64,000 nucleotides of DNA, from NCBI GenBank assembly GCA_000004985.1, contig GG738859.1; one strand, written 5' to 3'. Shown here in pieces: positions 9,782 to 20,765 of the stretch. The notes under the pieces were generated by a model, which was not told where the DNA came from, did no database searches, and saw nothing but the letters and a program-made list of their open reading frames with translations. The first letter of the stretch is position 1. Each line of letters starts with the position of its first letter. The position numbers and the translations under genes are program-made. Origin of the DNA: Naegleria gruberi. Its lineage: Eukaryota.

Positions 9782-10911
9782 TTACGTATAATCAGTTGCA
9801 ATTTCTGCATTGGAATCACTAATGGATTGCATGTGAATATTTTGAACATTTCCAATCTTCTTATTACCATTCTTATAACCTAAACCATGATTTTGATCAA
9901 AACCTTCACCTAATCCATATAAAATACCTATATACTTCTTGTCATTCATGTTATTTTCAAAGAAAACTTTCATCATTTTGAAAAATGTAGCACTTGTCAA
10001 TAAACTATCAGAACCGGCCTGGTGAGCAGGACCAATTCTCCTAAGGCCCAAGTCTTCCGCCAATTGGTTCAATCCTCCTTTCAAAGTATCACAACTCCTC
10101 ATCAAGTATTTAATATCATAAATACATGGGAAAAATGTATGTAATAATTCAAAGAAATCACGTTCAACTTCTGGTAATGGATCATTTGTTAAGAGCTTTA
10201 TCAAATATCCAAAGTCATAAGCACTGTGAAATGATATCCATTTAACATCTTCAGAAAGTACAATACCAGAAGAAATTAACTTTTCTCCAAATGTTTCAAC
10301 ATCAATTCCTTCCTTTTCATGGCTCAAAAATTTGATACCACTATCGGCCAAAAGTTCAATAGAATCTTGTGCATACATATCCTCTTTCAAGTTGAATTTG
10401 AAGTTAAATTGCCAAACACATTGTCCATCATCAGGAACATTTCCTTGCAAATCGGTAAATGTTAATCCGAGTTGAATAACTCTTAACAAGTTAACATTAC
10501 ACTTCAATGTTTGGTAGTGATACTCTGATTGTGTTCTAAAATTACCAACTGGTCTAGCAACTACTCCAGGAAATTCAGTATCCTACAAAATATTTGTAGT
10601 ATTGTGTGTTGATGATGTTGTTGTAGTAGTAGTTAATTTGGTTGTTGTTGTTGTAGTGAATTTTAATTGTTTAAAGATGTATAGTAAACAATTACAGCAA
10701 ATATTGACAATGAATTATTATAATAATAAATTAATAATAATTCACCATTACATACCATTGCTATGCAAGGATACTTTTCAACCATATGTATAATCTTGTG
10801 CATTTCCGTATCTAGATTATGCTTCCAAACATCTATAATTTTAATTTTCGAATCAGGATCGTTTATAGAAGTATTTCTATCGCTAAGCTCTACCAAATTA
10901 TATCCCACCAT
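9782..10911 (-). CDS. CAF1: CCR4-NOT deadenylase subunit CAF1/POP2 (DEDD exonuclease), 2 exons
   Basis: Exon 1 about 10756-10911 (ends ...EKYPCIAM, then GTATGT). Intron about 10583-10755. Exon 2 about 9782-10582 begins DTEFPGVVARPVGNF. Contains SGIKFLSHEKEGID, WISFHSAYDFGYL and LAEDLGL. Confidence 0.8.
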
Positions 10912-11497
10912 TTTGTATTCCTATTTAATATAATAATAATAACTTTCTCCACTTTAACTACTAGAGTGATGATCAAATAATACAATAATCTCCAATATTC
11001 AAAATTGCTATACAACACTGTACTCTGTCCGTCAATATATTAATAACAACACTGTAATGTAGCAAGAATTTTAGACTAGCAACAGAAAATAGGATGGCGC
11101 CAAAAAACTCTCGCGTTGGAAACAATACAAATTTTTGCAATTTGAAAAAAATTAGAAAATTTTTAAAATTAAAATTATTTTGGTCAAACATCGTTAAATT
11201 TTCCTGCTAATACAAAATGTGTTATTTATTGGTGGTTTTTGAGATGAGGTGGTGTTGGATTTGTTTTTTGGGTGATGAGAGTTGTTGTTTGATTATGAAG
11301 GTTGATATGTGTTCAATAAGATCATGAGTTATTTTTACATATAAAGGAAAAAGGAGACGAGTGTTGTTCAAATAAATGGAAGGAGACTAAGGTATTGAAC
11401 CAGTATTGAGCCAACTGAAACTCTCAACAAGAGAACTTTGGGTTAGAGATGATTGGAGAAATGTAATGCCTCTATGGGATACTTATTACTAGAAATG

Positions 11498-12760
11498 TTA
11501 TTGCTGTGTTTTAATTACATCGATGGCTTGTTGAGCTTGTGTGAGACCATTGCTGAGAGCTTGATGAAGGTAATCTAAGGATTTCTCGACATTTTTCTCG
11601 CATCCTTGACCTTTAAAGTAGGAGATTCCAACATTGAATTGAGATCTAGCATCACCAAGATCAGCAGCTTTCAAATACCATTGGAATGCACTTTCATATG
11701 ATTGTTCAACTCCAATACCATCGTAATACATGTTACCAACACTGAACTGAGAGAGCACATGGTCTTGGTTTGCAGCTTTCAAATACCATTCATAAGCCTT
11801 TGCATCAGATTGCTCAATTCCTAATCCATTTTCATAGAGCAATGCCAAGTTATATTGTGAATCAGCATGATTTTGGTTTGCAGATTGAGTGAACCATTCA
11901 ACTGCAGTTTGATAATTTTGTTCAACACCATGTCCATTCACATATAAGAATCCAAGAATATGTTGAGCATCTGTCAATCCAATATTTGCCAATTTTTCAA
12001 AAATCTTGAATGATTTTTCCAATTGTGGGTCAACTCCCTCACCTCCACTGAAATAAATTAATCCCATATTATATTGAGAATCAACATGATTTTGTTCAGC
12101 TGCCTTTTCATACCATTTTAAAGCCTCAGTCAATGATTTTTCAATACCTTGCCCATTTTCATAAAGTAGGCCAACATGAAATTGTGCAACTTCATCTCCT
12201 TTCACTGCTGCCTTCATATAATACTCGAATGATTTCTCATAATCTTGTTTAAGTGTTGAGTAACAATATCCTAAAAACGTAGAGGCAGGAACAAAATCCA
12301 GTTCGGCAGCCTTCAAACAATATTCAATACACTTCTCATATTCTCTCATATCAAAATGATATAATCCCAAATGATATTGAGCAGAAACATTTCCTTCATC
12401 TGCTGCTTTCACCAACTCTTCATGAGAATATTGAATTTCATAATCATGATCGTGATGATGATGTCCACCACATTGATGCTCACATGAGGAACATCCTCCT
12501 TCCTCCTCACCATTATGAACAATTCCTTCTTCGTGATGATGATGACTTCCACAATGTCCCGAACCACATCCACCTCCTCCAGAAGAACACGAATGATTAT
12601 TAAACAATTGAACATGATAGAATTTCATGATAGGATTCATAATACTCGGAAGAAAGGAACTCTTCCACGCAGTAGTGGTCTTGTTGTTACAAAATCTCAG
12701 ATGAGAGTGTTTGGCAACAAAGAATTTGATTGAATTACTTTTCAATAACTTGTTCATCAT
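11498..12760 (-). CDS. Sel1-repeat (TPR-like) protein with an N-terminal His/Cys/Gly-rich cluster
   Basis: 420-aa ORF. Residues 55-105 read CSSGGGGCGSGHCGSHHHHEEG...CEHQCGGHHHHDHD, followed by about 8 Sel1 repeats (AxYxLGxxYxxGxGVxxxxxxAxxWYxKAA). The N-terminal 45 aa are basic and hydroxylated, resembling a presequence. Confidence 0.75.
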   Translation of the reverse strand: MMNKLLKSNSIKFFVAKHSHLRFCNNKTTTAWKSSFLPSIMNPIMKFYHVQLFNNHSCSSGGGGCGSGHCGSHHHHEEGIVHNGEEEGGCSSCEHQCGGHHHHDHDYEIQYSHEELVKAADEGNVSAQYHLGLYHFDMREYEKCIEYCLKAAELDFVPASTFLGYCYSTLKQDYEKSFEYYMKAAVKGDEVAQFHVGLLYENGQGIEKSLTEALKWYEKAAEQNHVDSQYNMGLIYFSGGEGVDPQLEKSFKIFEKLANIGLTDAQHILGFLYVNGHGVEQNYQTAVEWFTQSANQNHADSQYNLALLYENGLGIEQSDAKAYEWYLKAANQDHVLSQFSVGNMYYDGIGVEQSYESAFQWYLKAADLGDARSQFNVGISYFKGQGCEKNVEKSLDYLHQALSNGLTQAQQAIDVIKTQQ

Positions 12761-13096
12761 TTTTTTTAAAATTGCTAGAAAACAAGTTTTTGAAAACCTT
12801 GATTAATTTCGACTATCAAATGTTGGGAATTGTCAAATAACAATATATCAACAATAAGGCTCTCTGACAGAAACAATATAAATTCTAAATAAGGAGTAAC
12901 TTGCAAAGATTTTAGTGTAATTTCATGCAGTCAATATGAATCACTAAGGCATTCCACAAAAATGTTAACCAATAACACAAGATCGGATTTCCGAGAAGAT
13001 CTCTCATAACATAGTCGCACCAATAACAATAGCGGACTAGCAAACTGAAGTACACTGAGGATTAATAAAAAAAATAGCAATATTTACAGAAGCTCG

Positions 13097-14187
13097 ATGA
13101 ATTTTATCAATTCCATTACATCAACTCTTAGTGCTATCACTCCAACCCAGTACGGATATGGTGCTCTGGGTTTATTAGGTCTTTATTTTGGCAAGAAATA
13201 TTTCAATGGCGGTACAGTTAGTGCTGATCTGTTGAAGAGTAATCTTTCGGGAAGGATTGTTATTGTTACTGGTGCTTCGATGGGAGGTATTGGTTATGAA
13301 ACATCAAGAGTATTGCATAGTTTAGGAGCTACCGTTATTCTAGTTGTTAGAAATGAACAGGCAGGTAAAGAAGCAAGAGAAGCTATTTCCAAACAAAATG
13401 GACATGCTGACAGATTGGTTGTCATGTTAATGGATTTGACTGATTTGGAATCTGTTAAGAAGTTTGCTCAAGAATTCAAATCTAAATTCAATCAATTGGA
13501 TATTTTGATTAATAATGCTGGAGTTATGGCTTGTCCTCATTCAACAACCAAACAAGGAATTGTAAGTACTATATTGAGCTCTAAAACTAACAGAATTCAA
13601 AGGAAATTCAATTTGGATGCAACCACCTCGGCCACTTCTTACTCACTCTCTTACTTTTGGATATGATTAAGAAATCAAATGGAAAAGTTATTAACTTGTC
13701 ATCCTTGGCAGCTAATTCAAGTGTAAGCTTTGTAAACAAATATGCCACCTTTGCTATGGATACATTGAAAGGTGACTGTAAACAAACTATGTCAACTCAT
13801 TCACTCTACAAGAGATCCAAGCTTGCAAATGTATTGTTCACTAAAAAGTTGAGTAGAGAATTAGCTTTGGATACTACTACCACAGCTCAAACCTATTCTT
13901 TACACCCCGGAGCGGTTAGCACGAATCTCGGACGCTGGCTTGGAAGAGCTGTTACCTTTATCTTAATGACTATCATGTATCCAATCATGTGGTTCTTGTT
14001 AAAATCAGCTCACCAAGGTGCTCAAACAACTCTTCATCTCGCCCTTTCTGATAAATCCAAGTTAAAACCTGGAAGCTATTACAGTGATTGCCATGAAAAT
14101 ATTGGAAATCCATGTGAAGATTCAATTGAATTACAAGATCGTTTGTGGAATAATAGTATTGAAATTTGTAAAAAATATCTTGAGTAA
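13097..14187 (+). CDS. Short-chain dehydrogenase/reductase (retinol dehydrogenase RDH11/12-like), 2 exons
   Basis: Exon 1 is 13097-13561 (IVIVTGASMGGIGYET, NNAGVMACP). Intron about 13562-13602 (GTAAGT...CTAAC...AAAG, 41 nt). Exon 2 is 13603-14187 (FGCNHLGHFLL, YKRSKLANVLFTKKL with the YxxxK motif, HPGAVSTNL). Confidence 0.8.
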
Positions 14188-14189
14188 AT

Positions 14190-14855
14190 TCAATGTTTTG
14201 TTGGGAAATCACTATGCATCCAAACAAATCCACTTTTTGATGAGTGTGATGCACTCTTTCTCTGCAACCAATTGGTTAAGTGAATATAATATTGACCTCT
14301 TTGGGTATCAAATGATATGTAGAGCTTCTTTGCAATAATTCTGTACTGAGATTGTCTAAAATATTGTGGAATTGTTTCACCATGACTCTCCAATTCATCT
14401 GCAACTTTGGACATGTCAATAGTATGGTAATTTTTCGTCCATACAGGATTTCCAAAACTTGGGAAATGAGGATATGTAAATTCATAAGTAATACGTGTTA
14501 CAGATTCCTCTCTTCCATTATTGTTTGATATCTCTGTTCTCTTGTAAAGATGATTTGGGATGGTAGCCGACATGTAGGTTTGGAAAGCTTCTTTCGAACA
14601 ATTTCCAATAGCTGTATTCATCATTTTGCAATCTCCACTACTTGGTGTATTACATTTAATCAAGTTTCTCCTGATCCTTCTCTCCAATCTTTGTGCTTCC
14701 TCAAGTATCTGAGTTGAGATGGTACATGAATAATTGGTAAGTGGAGAATCGTACACGTAAAGTGGTATTTCGTCCATACACTCGAAAGGGTCAATTAATT
14801 TACTAGTGTTATCTCTTTTACTGGTGGGGAATGAGAATTTGGTGCTGATACTCAT
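14190..14855 (-). CDS. Hypothetical protein (221 aa), no recognisable domain
   Basis: ATG-initiated ORF lying convergent to the SDR gene. No family recognised by eye. Confidence 0.35.
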   Translation of the reverse strand: MSISTKFSFPTSKRDNTSKLIDPFECMDEIPLYVYDSPLTNYSCTISTQILEEAQRLERRIRRNLIKCNTPSSGDCKMMNTAIGNCSKEAFQTYMSATIPNHLYKRTEISNNNGREESVTRITYEFTYPHFPSFGNPVWTKNYHTIDMSKVADELESHGETIPQYFRQSQYRIIAKKLYISFDTQRGQYYIHLTNWLQRKSASHSSKSGFVWMHSDFPTKH

Positions 14856-15066
14856 AATAGATGTGATGCTATTTTTCTGTAAAGAAGAGACTGTGTAATA
14901 AATCTTGAAAACTCATTATTTCAGAGTTTTTTAAACTATAATTTTAGCAATTAGATCATTATCCGACCACCCATTCACCCATTCACTTTATTTATTATCA
15001 TTAATGGTCAACTGATAATATCCAAACAATGAACTAATACGAATATTCTAAAACATAACCCAAAAA

Positions 15067-15492
15067 ATGAAAAGAACAAATTCCAGAGCATCATCATCAA
15101 ATTCAAAGAAAGCCAAAACATCAAAAACAACAACATCAACTAGAAATACCAAAATAGCACAAAAAGATGCCATATCTTCTTCAAAATCATCAAAAAGTAG
15201 GACAAGTACTCCTTCAAAGAAGGGAACAAAAACAACAACATTCGAGGATGAATATTCATCATACGACTCGGAATCATCCTATGATTGTTATATATTGGGA
15301 GTGTTAGAATCGGATTCATCAGATTATTCATCAGAGGAAGAAGTTAAAGAAGTTGTCATTCCGAAAAAACCACCAGAAGTTGTTGATTTAATTGACTCTT
15401 CTGATGAAAATAATGAGGACAAATATTGGGAAAAAGTTGTTGTGAAGGATGAAAAGCAAACAAAGAATAACAAGAAGCAAAAATTAAGATGA
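15067..15492 (+). CDS. Hypothetical Ser/Lys-rich acidic protein with a VVDLIDSSD (SIM-like) motif
   Basis: 141-aa ORF with a basic N-terminus, an acidic Ser-rich centre and a basic C-terminus. Low complexity, so the coding call is tentative. Confidence 0.3.
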   Translation: MKRTNSRASSSNSKKAKTSKTTTSTRNTKIAQKDAISSSKSSKSRTSTPSKKGTKTTTFEDEYSSYDSESSYDCYILGVLESDSSDYSSEEEVKEVVIPKKPPEVVDLIDSSDENNEDKYWEKVVVKDEKQTKNNKKQKLR

Positions 15493-15522
15493 AATTCTTT
15501 ACCAATTGGCAGAGTTTAAATG

Positions 15523-16497
15523 CTACTTGTAAATGAGAACTCTCCTCCTTTTAGAATCACAAAGGAATAATTCTTGGGTTTGTTCATTGATGAATATTCC
15601 ACAATTTCCATCCCATTCGTAATTTAGAACATAACGTACCAGATTCAAGTCTCTATCAAGAACAAACATCATTCTATCAGCATCACTGACAAATAATAAT
15701 TGACTAGATTTTTCAAAAAACATTGAATAAGGTCTTGATAGATATTCAGTGCTGCTCAGACCTTTAATGTGTGGACCAATCTTTTTCACTGATCTCCATC
15801 CTTCATTATCCTTAACCAACTTTTCTATAAAGTATTTCCGACAGACGAACATTTCTCCCTCAATTTCACTAGAAAATTCAATATTATCCAAAAATTCTAA
15901 ATCATCTGTTGGAATATTAATTTTCAATGTACTACCTGTTTTAGAATCAATACAAGTTAGCACATCAAAATAATCACACACGTAAACAACATTCTCAAAT
16001 ACATTAATTCCCCAAACATGTTGAAATGATTTAGAATGAGACCAAATCAGAGCTCGATGCTTAGTATCATCCACCACAATTGAATCCTCATCATTCCATA
16101 ACAGCTTAATATTAAATTTTGAAACATGGTTCAAACTAGAAATGTATAAATCAAATCCTCTCACACAAAACCATACAACATAGGATTTAAATAGAATTGA
16201 TCTAATAAACGATCGATTCTTCAAATCAAACACCAAAATCCGATCCTTTACATTTACCAATATCAATCCATACTCATAGCATATTTGAATATTCTTTGGT
16301 TTTCCATGCATTGCAAAATCAATCTCGGAACTGATTTCAAAATTCTCCCACCCAAATCCTCTTCTAGGTTTCAATTTATTTCTAAATTTTTCCATTAGGA
16401 TTTCCAAATCCCTTCTTTTATCTTCCTTTCCATCTTTCTCTCCACTGATAATACTATGAAAATCCATCAATTCAATACAAACACATGTTCTTTCCAT
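15523..16497 (-). CDS. Putative NHL-repeat/beta-propeller protein
   Basis: ORF with a probable ATG at 16497 (MERTCVCIELM...). The C-terminal half carries NHL-like blades (LLFVSDADRMMFVLDRDLNLVRYV). Assignment is weak. Confidence 0.4.
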   Translation of the reverse strand: MERTCVCIELMDFHSIISGEKDGKEDKRRDLEILMEKFRNKLKPRRGFGWENFEISSEIDFAMHGKPKNIQICYEYGLILVNVKDRILVFDLKNRSFIRSILFKSYVVWFCVRGFDLYISSLNHVSKFNIKLLWNDEDSIVVDDTKHRALIWSHSKSFQHVWGINVFENVVYVCDYFDVLTCIDSKTGSTLKINIPTDDLEFLDNIEFSSEIEGEMFVCRKYFIEKLVKDNEGWRSVKKIGPHIKGLSSTEYLSRPYSMFFEKSSQLLFVSDADRMMFVLDRDLNLVRYVLNYEWDGNCGIFINEQTQELFLCDSKRRRVLIYK

Positions 16498-16649
16498 TTT
16501 TTCATAGCTAACAATGAACAGTAATATTATTTTGGCGCCACTATTTTTCCAAACAAGGACTTGGACAGTGGATAAGTGCAATGATTGGTTTGTTTTATGG
16601 TCAACTATATTTTGAAAATTGCAAATGTATTTAAAAACCTTTAAAAAAA

Positions 16650-17804
16650 ATGTCAACAACACAAACCAAGAAAAAATCCATCAAAAAATCGGAAGCCTAC
16701 ACACAAAATTCGAAAATAATTCTCAGGAAATTCTTAAGATATTATTCACTCGTTTCCAGGAAGAATACTTCATCACCATGTACAATGGAAGAAATATCTA
16801 CAAAGAAAAAGAAGGAAAATTTAAAAGGAATATTTGCTAGTCTTCCGTTGGATGTGGTGATTGGAAATGTGTTTCCTTTTATTTCTTATTTTGAATTGTT
16901 GACTTCGTTTTGCTGTATTTCAAAAGAGTGGTACTTGTCGATTTGGGAAAAGTATATTATGAATTCGTCAATTTCTCGATTATTGTTGAATTTTAGTAGG
17001 AGTTTGAAGAGATCTTTCAATTTTGGAAAATTGGGAGGAAAATATGACAAGTTTCCAATATTATTGCCAACCTATGATGATCATATAATGTGTGATACGA
17101 ATAGAGGATTTGTAAAATATGAACCAGTTGTTCTGATTGGAGAAGGATGTGAACAGAAACTTTGTAAATTACAAAATTTCACTAGAAGTTGTAAATATTT
17201 ATCAGACTTGAAATTTGATCCTCTTTCAAGCTTGAGAGAGACTGGAGTACCTAGAGAAAAATTACTAATTTATCAGGATAGTGAAATATTATCCCCTGAC
17301 TTACACACTGTCGAATTTTTCAGAAAACATGTTACCAATAATTTGAGAGGTGCTGCCAAATCATATTCCAACAAATCCAATGTGAATATTCCACAAGCTA
17401 GCTTCAGTATTCCTGAAGTTTTTATTGATGCTCTTCTCAGTAACAAGTCTCAATTGTCTGATTATTTCTTCACCGATGAATTAAAGAAGGAAATTAGGAA
17501 TTTAAATGTGGTAGATGCAGATCAGAATAAGGCCTGTATGGGAGTAGTTGTGTGGATTTTGAGAGAGATTTTGAGTTTTTATTTCATGATGTTTGAATAT
17601 CGATTATTTAGCACCAAGTATGCCAATGCACACATTCCTAATAATGACTCGCCATCAAATATTAAGGTATCAATGCGAGAGAAGAGATTATCTTTGTTTA
17701 ATTTTGAGGGTTCACATCATTTTAAAGAGGGATCAATTCTCGATTGTTTTTCTCAGGTAATTGATACAATTTATGGAATGAATATCTTGAATGCATCAAC
17801 GTAA
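16650..17804 (+). CDS. F-box-like domain protein (hypothetical)
   Basis: 384-aa ORF from an ATG. LPLDVVIGNVFPFISYFELLTSFCCISKEWY fits the F-box consensus. The remainder is unassigned. A GTAAGT directly after the stop suggests a possible unannotated 3' exon. Confidence 0.45.
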   Translation: MSTTQTKKKSIKKSEAYTQNSKIILRKFLRYYSLVSRKNTSSPCTMEEISTKKKKENLKGIFASLPLDVVIGNVFPFISYFELLTSFCCISKEWYLSIWEKYIMNSSISRLLLNFSRSLKRSFNFGKLGGKYDKFPILLPTYDDHIMCDTNRGFVKYEPVVLIGEGCEQKLCKLQNFTRSCKYLSDLKFDPLSSLRETGVPREKLLIYQDSEILSPDLHTVEFFRKHVTNNLRGAAKSYSNKSNVNIPQASFSIPEVFIDALLSNKSQLSDYFFTDELKKEIRNLNVVDADQNKACMGVVVWILREILSFYFMMFEYRLFSTKYANAHIPNNDSPSNIKVSMREKRLSLFNFEGSHHFKEGSILDCFSQVIDTIYGMNILNAST

Positions 17805-17967
17805 GTTTCAAATGTTGTAATTGTACTAATTTCTGAAAAGTGGATCATTGATTGGTTTTGTAGGTTGGAGAGTTTTCAAAATTGATTGTGTGTTTAGTAA
17901 GGGTTATAATTTCCCTCCTGAAGAGGATGGTAATAGTACTCAATAATACTTCAAAAAATTGTCTAGG

Positions 17968-20093
17968 TCAGTCATTCTTTATCTTGAACGAGCTCTTTTC
18001 CAATGCCTGTTCAATACATGCTTTCAATAAAGATCGTTGGCAAGGTTTAATAATCACAGAGTCAAATATTTCAGAAGGGGGCTCTACAAGCACATCTCCT
18101 GTTAGTGCCACTACTGAAATTGAGTCTTTGAACTTTTCCCTCAATATAGTAGCAGCTTCAATACCATCCATTACTGGCATGTTCTGTCTATTGTTGATTA
18201 TTATAGTATTTTAATGACACTTACCAAATCCGTAATGACTAGTTTATGTTGTTTAGGATCCACTGCATCAACCAACTCCTTTCCATTACAAACACTCTCT
18301 GTTTCATAACCAAGACTTTCGATCAGCTTAACAATTACTTTTCTATTAATTGGATTATCATCTGCAATTATAATCTCTGTTCTTTTTGTTGGTTGTGTAT
18401 TTTCTTGCAAGGTTGGTTCTGTGAACAGTCTAAAATAATTCTCGTGAAAGACCATTTGTCGCTTAAGAGAAGTATCGGCATCTTCCTGTAGCTCAGTTAC
18501 ACAGTCACCAACCACAATTTCCAATGGAAGAGTAATTGTGAACTCACTTCCTTTATCAATTTCAGATTTTAATGAAATAGTTCCACCCATTGAATTCACA
18601 TGACTCGATACAATATTTAAACCCAATCCAGAACTATGTAATATTTCTAGCCAAACATTCAAATCTAGATTACTTACCCTGGATAAATATTTTCATTCAC
18701 ATTGTGCAATTGAGAGAATGGAGCAAAAATCTCCCTCTGCTTGTTCTTGGGAATGCCAGAGCCCAAGTCTATAACCTTAAACTCAATTTCCTGTTGTAAA
18801 ATTCCATGATTAGTTTGGGGTTCTCCGTTCGCTTTGCAGATTAAATTAACAGTTTGTCCATTCTTAGAAGCCTTAATAGCGTTAGTTAGCAAGTTAGAGA
18901 GAATTTGGTGAATCCTAGTTTGACTAGTTCTCACATTCAAGTTTTGTGTAATAGAATCCATTAATATTTCCAATTTAACATTAAAATGTTTAGAATAGCT
19001 ATTAATGATTGCCCCAATTAATTGAATACATTTTCCTAAATTAAATACATTTACAATGGTATTCTTGAAATTTTCCTTCTTTTCATGTTCAAATCTTGCT
19101 ACAGTTAGAATGTCCTCGATTAAGTTCAATAGTATTCCATCAGAGGAGGCAATAGTTTCAACTAGCTCTCTCTGTTCACATGTCAGATTAGTTTCTCTCA
19201 ACAACTCTACACTGCCCAGGCTACTCAAACATGGTGAACGAAATTCATGGCTATTACATTTTCAACATTTCTCCTTAATGATAATAAACTTACCTGATGT
19301 GTCTAAGGAATGTTTGTTTAGTTGAGAGAGCTTCCTCTAATTTTTCTCTAGTCTTCTCAAGGGTCCTCACTTTTTGTTTCAAATTTTCTGATGTTGTCAT
19401 TACATGAAAACTCAATATCAGAATAGAAAGGACAATTCCTGAATTTTCACAAAAGTATGTAATGGAATCCAGTGTAAATCCATATCTAGCTAGCTCCAAA
19501 ATTGCACCTCCCAAGTGTAAAATACACGAATAATAGATTGGTATGAGAGAATAAATCTTGTACTCTTTCGAAAGGTTGTTAGTACTCATAATAATGCACA
19601 GATAAATTGGCAGGATAATAATTTTAACCTTGCCCACAAATATGAATCTGACAGTAAAAGCCAACAAGCTAATGAGAATTCTCTTCCTCTCACTTGCCAT
19701 GGTTGTCTCAATATCTGTCTGTTGGTCAGAGATGGAATAGGAGATGTACTTTCTACTTGCAGTTGACCCAATTACACAAGCAATAAGCAGAATAACATTG
19801 GCCTCCCACTCCAATGCATAATATCCATATAAACCCAATATTAAATATTGAAATAATAAAACAATAGGTACCAAATGAACCGAAGTGATAGTTCTATAGA
19901 GAATCCTTTCAAGATTTTTCATCCATGTTTTGTCAGTATCTCCAAAATTAATCTTTAGTCCAATAAGTGGATCAATCCGTAACACTCTGTAAGATGAAGA
20001 AGATGTTGATGTAGTTTTGTTGATATCCACGTTCCCCGAGGAAGATGTATCGCTTACACATTCAATATCAGTATTATTATCCAGAGCCAACAT
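17968..20093 (-). CDS. Hybrid sensor histidine kinase (multi-TM sensor, HisKA, HATPase_c and receiver domain), 4 exons
   Basis: Exons about 20093-19294, 19250-18678, 18633-18225 and 18183-17968, with introns of 43, 44 and 41 nt (all GTAAGT...AG). Membrane N-terminus. H-box SHEFRSPC spans the exon 1/2 junction. N-box LLTNAIKAS. G-boxes IDLGSGIP and GSGLGLNIV. Receiver IIIADDNPINRKV ... NMPVMDGIEA. Confidence 0.75.
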
Positions 20094-20765
20094 TTCAGCT
20101 TCCTCTGTACTTGTTATTGGTTGCTATGAAAAAGAATTAATCCTCTTGATGATGCTAAGAACAATCTAGTTGAAATTTCAGAACAGAACGACAATCACTA
20201 TCTGACGTAATTTTTGCTTTTTTTTAAAGTCCTTTCAAAATAACTTACCTTTTAGGGACACAATGCTCAGCACAATGACCTCACAGTTACCTTTCCAATG
20301 AAAACGAAAATTGTGCGAGACAACATTTTTAAGCATCCTCCTTTGCTAAATATGGTGTTTTGTGTGGTAAGGTTGAAGCAGATAATTGAGATCTTAATAT
20401 ATGCTTCAAAGAAGCGAGAAGGAAGTTCATTCGTTAATCGAATGCTTTAAAAATTAAGGCATTTGATACAATGTTGTCTATGCACTAAAATAATTATTTT
20501 CATAATAAATTAATTGCTCTGCCTCTTGATGTGCTTGTTAGGATTTTCCATCAGCAAAAAATTATCATCACACTCCGCAACGAGTACCACCATCAACAGC
20601 ATTAATTTTAAACTCTTGGGTGTTCATCATTTTGTTGCGAGTAGATTTATTTTAATTTATATATTACGAGAGAAGAGAATAATTGGAAAAGTCTTCTGAT
20701 ATTAATTATTGTTTTTTGTGCCATCATCAAAAAGGCTTGTTGGAGGAGAAGATTTTGAAGCGAAA

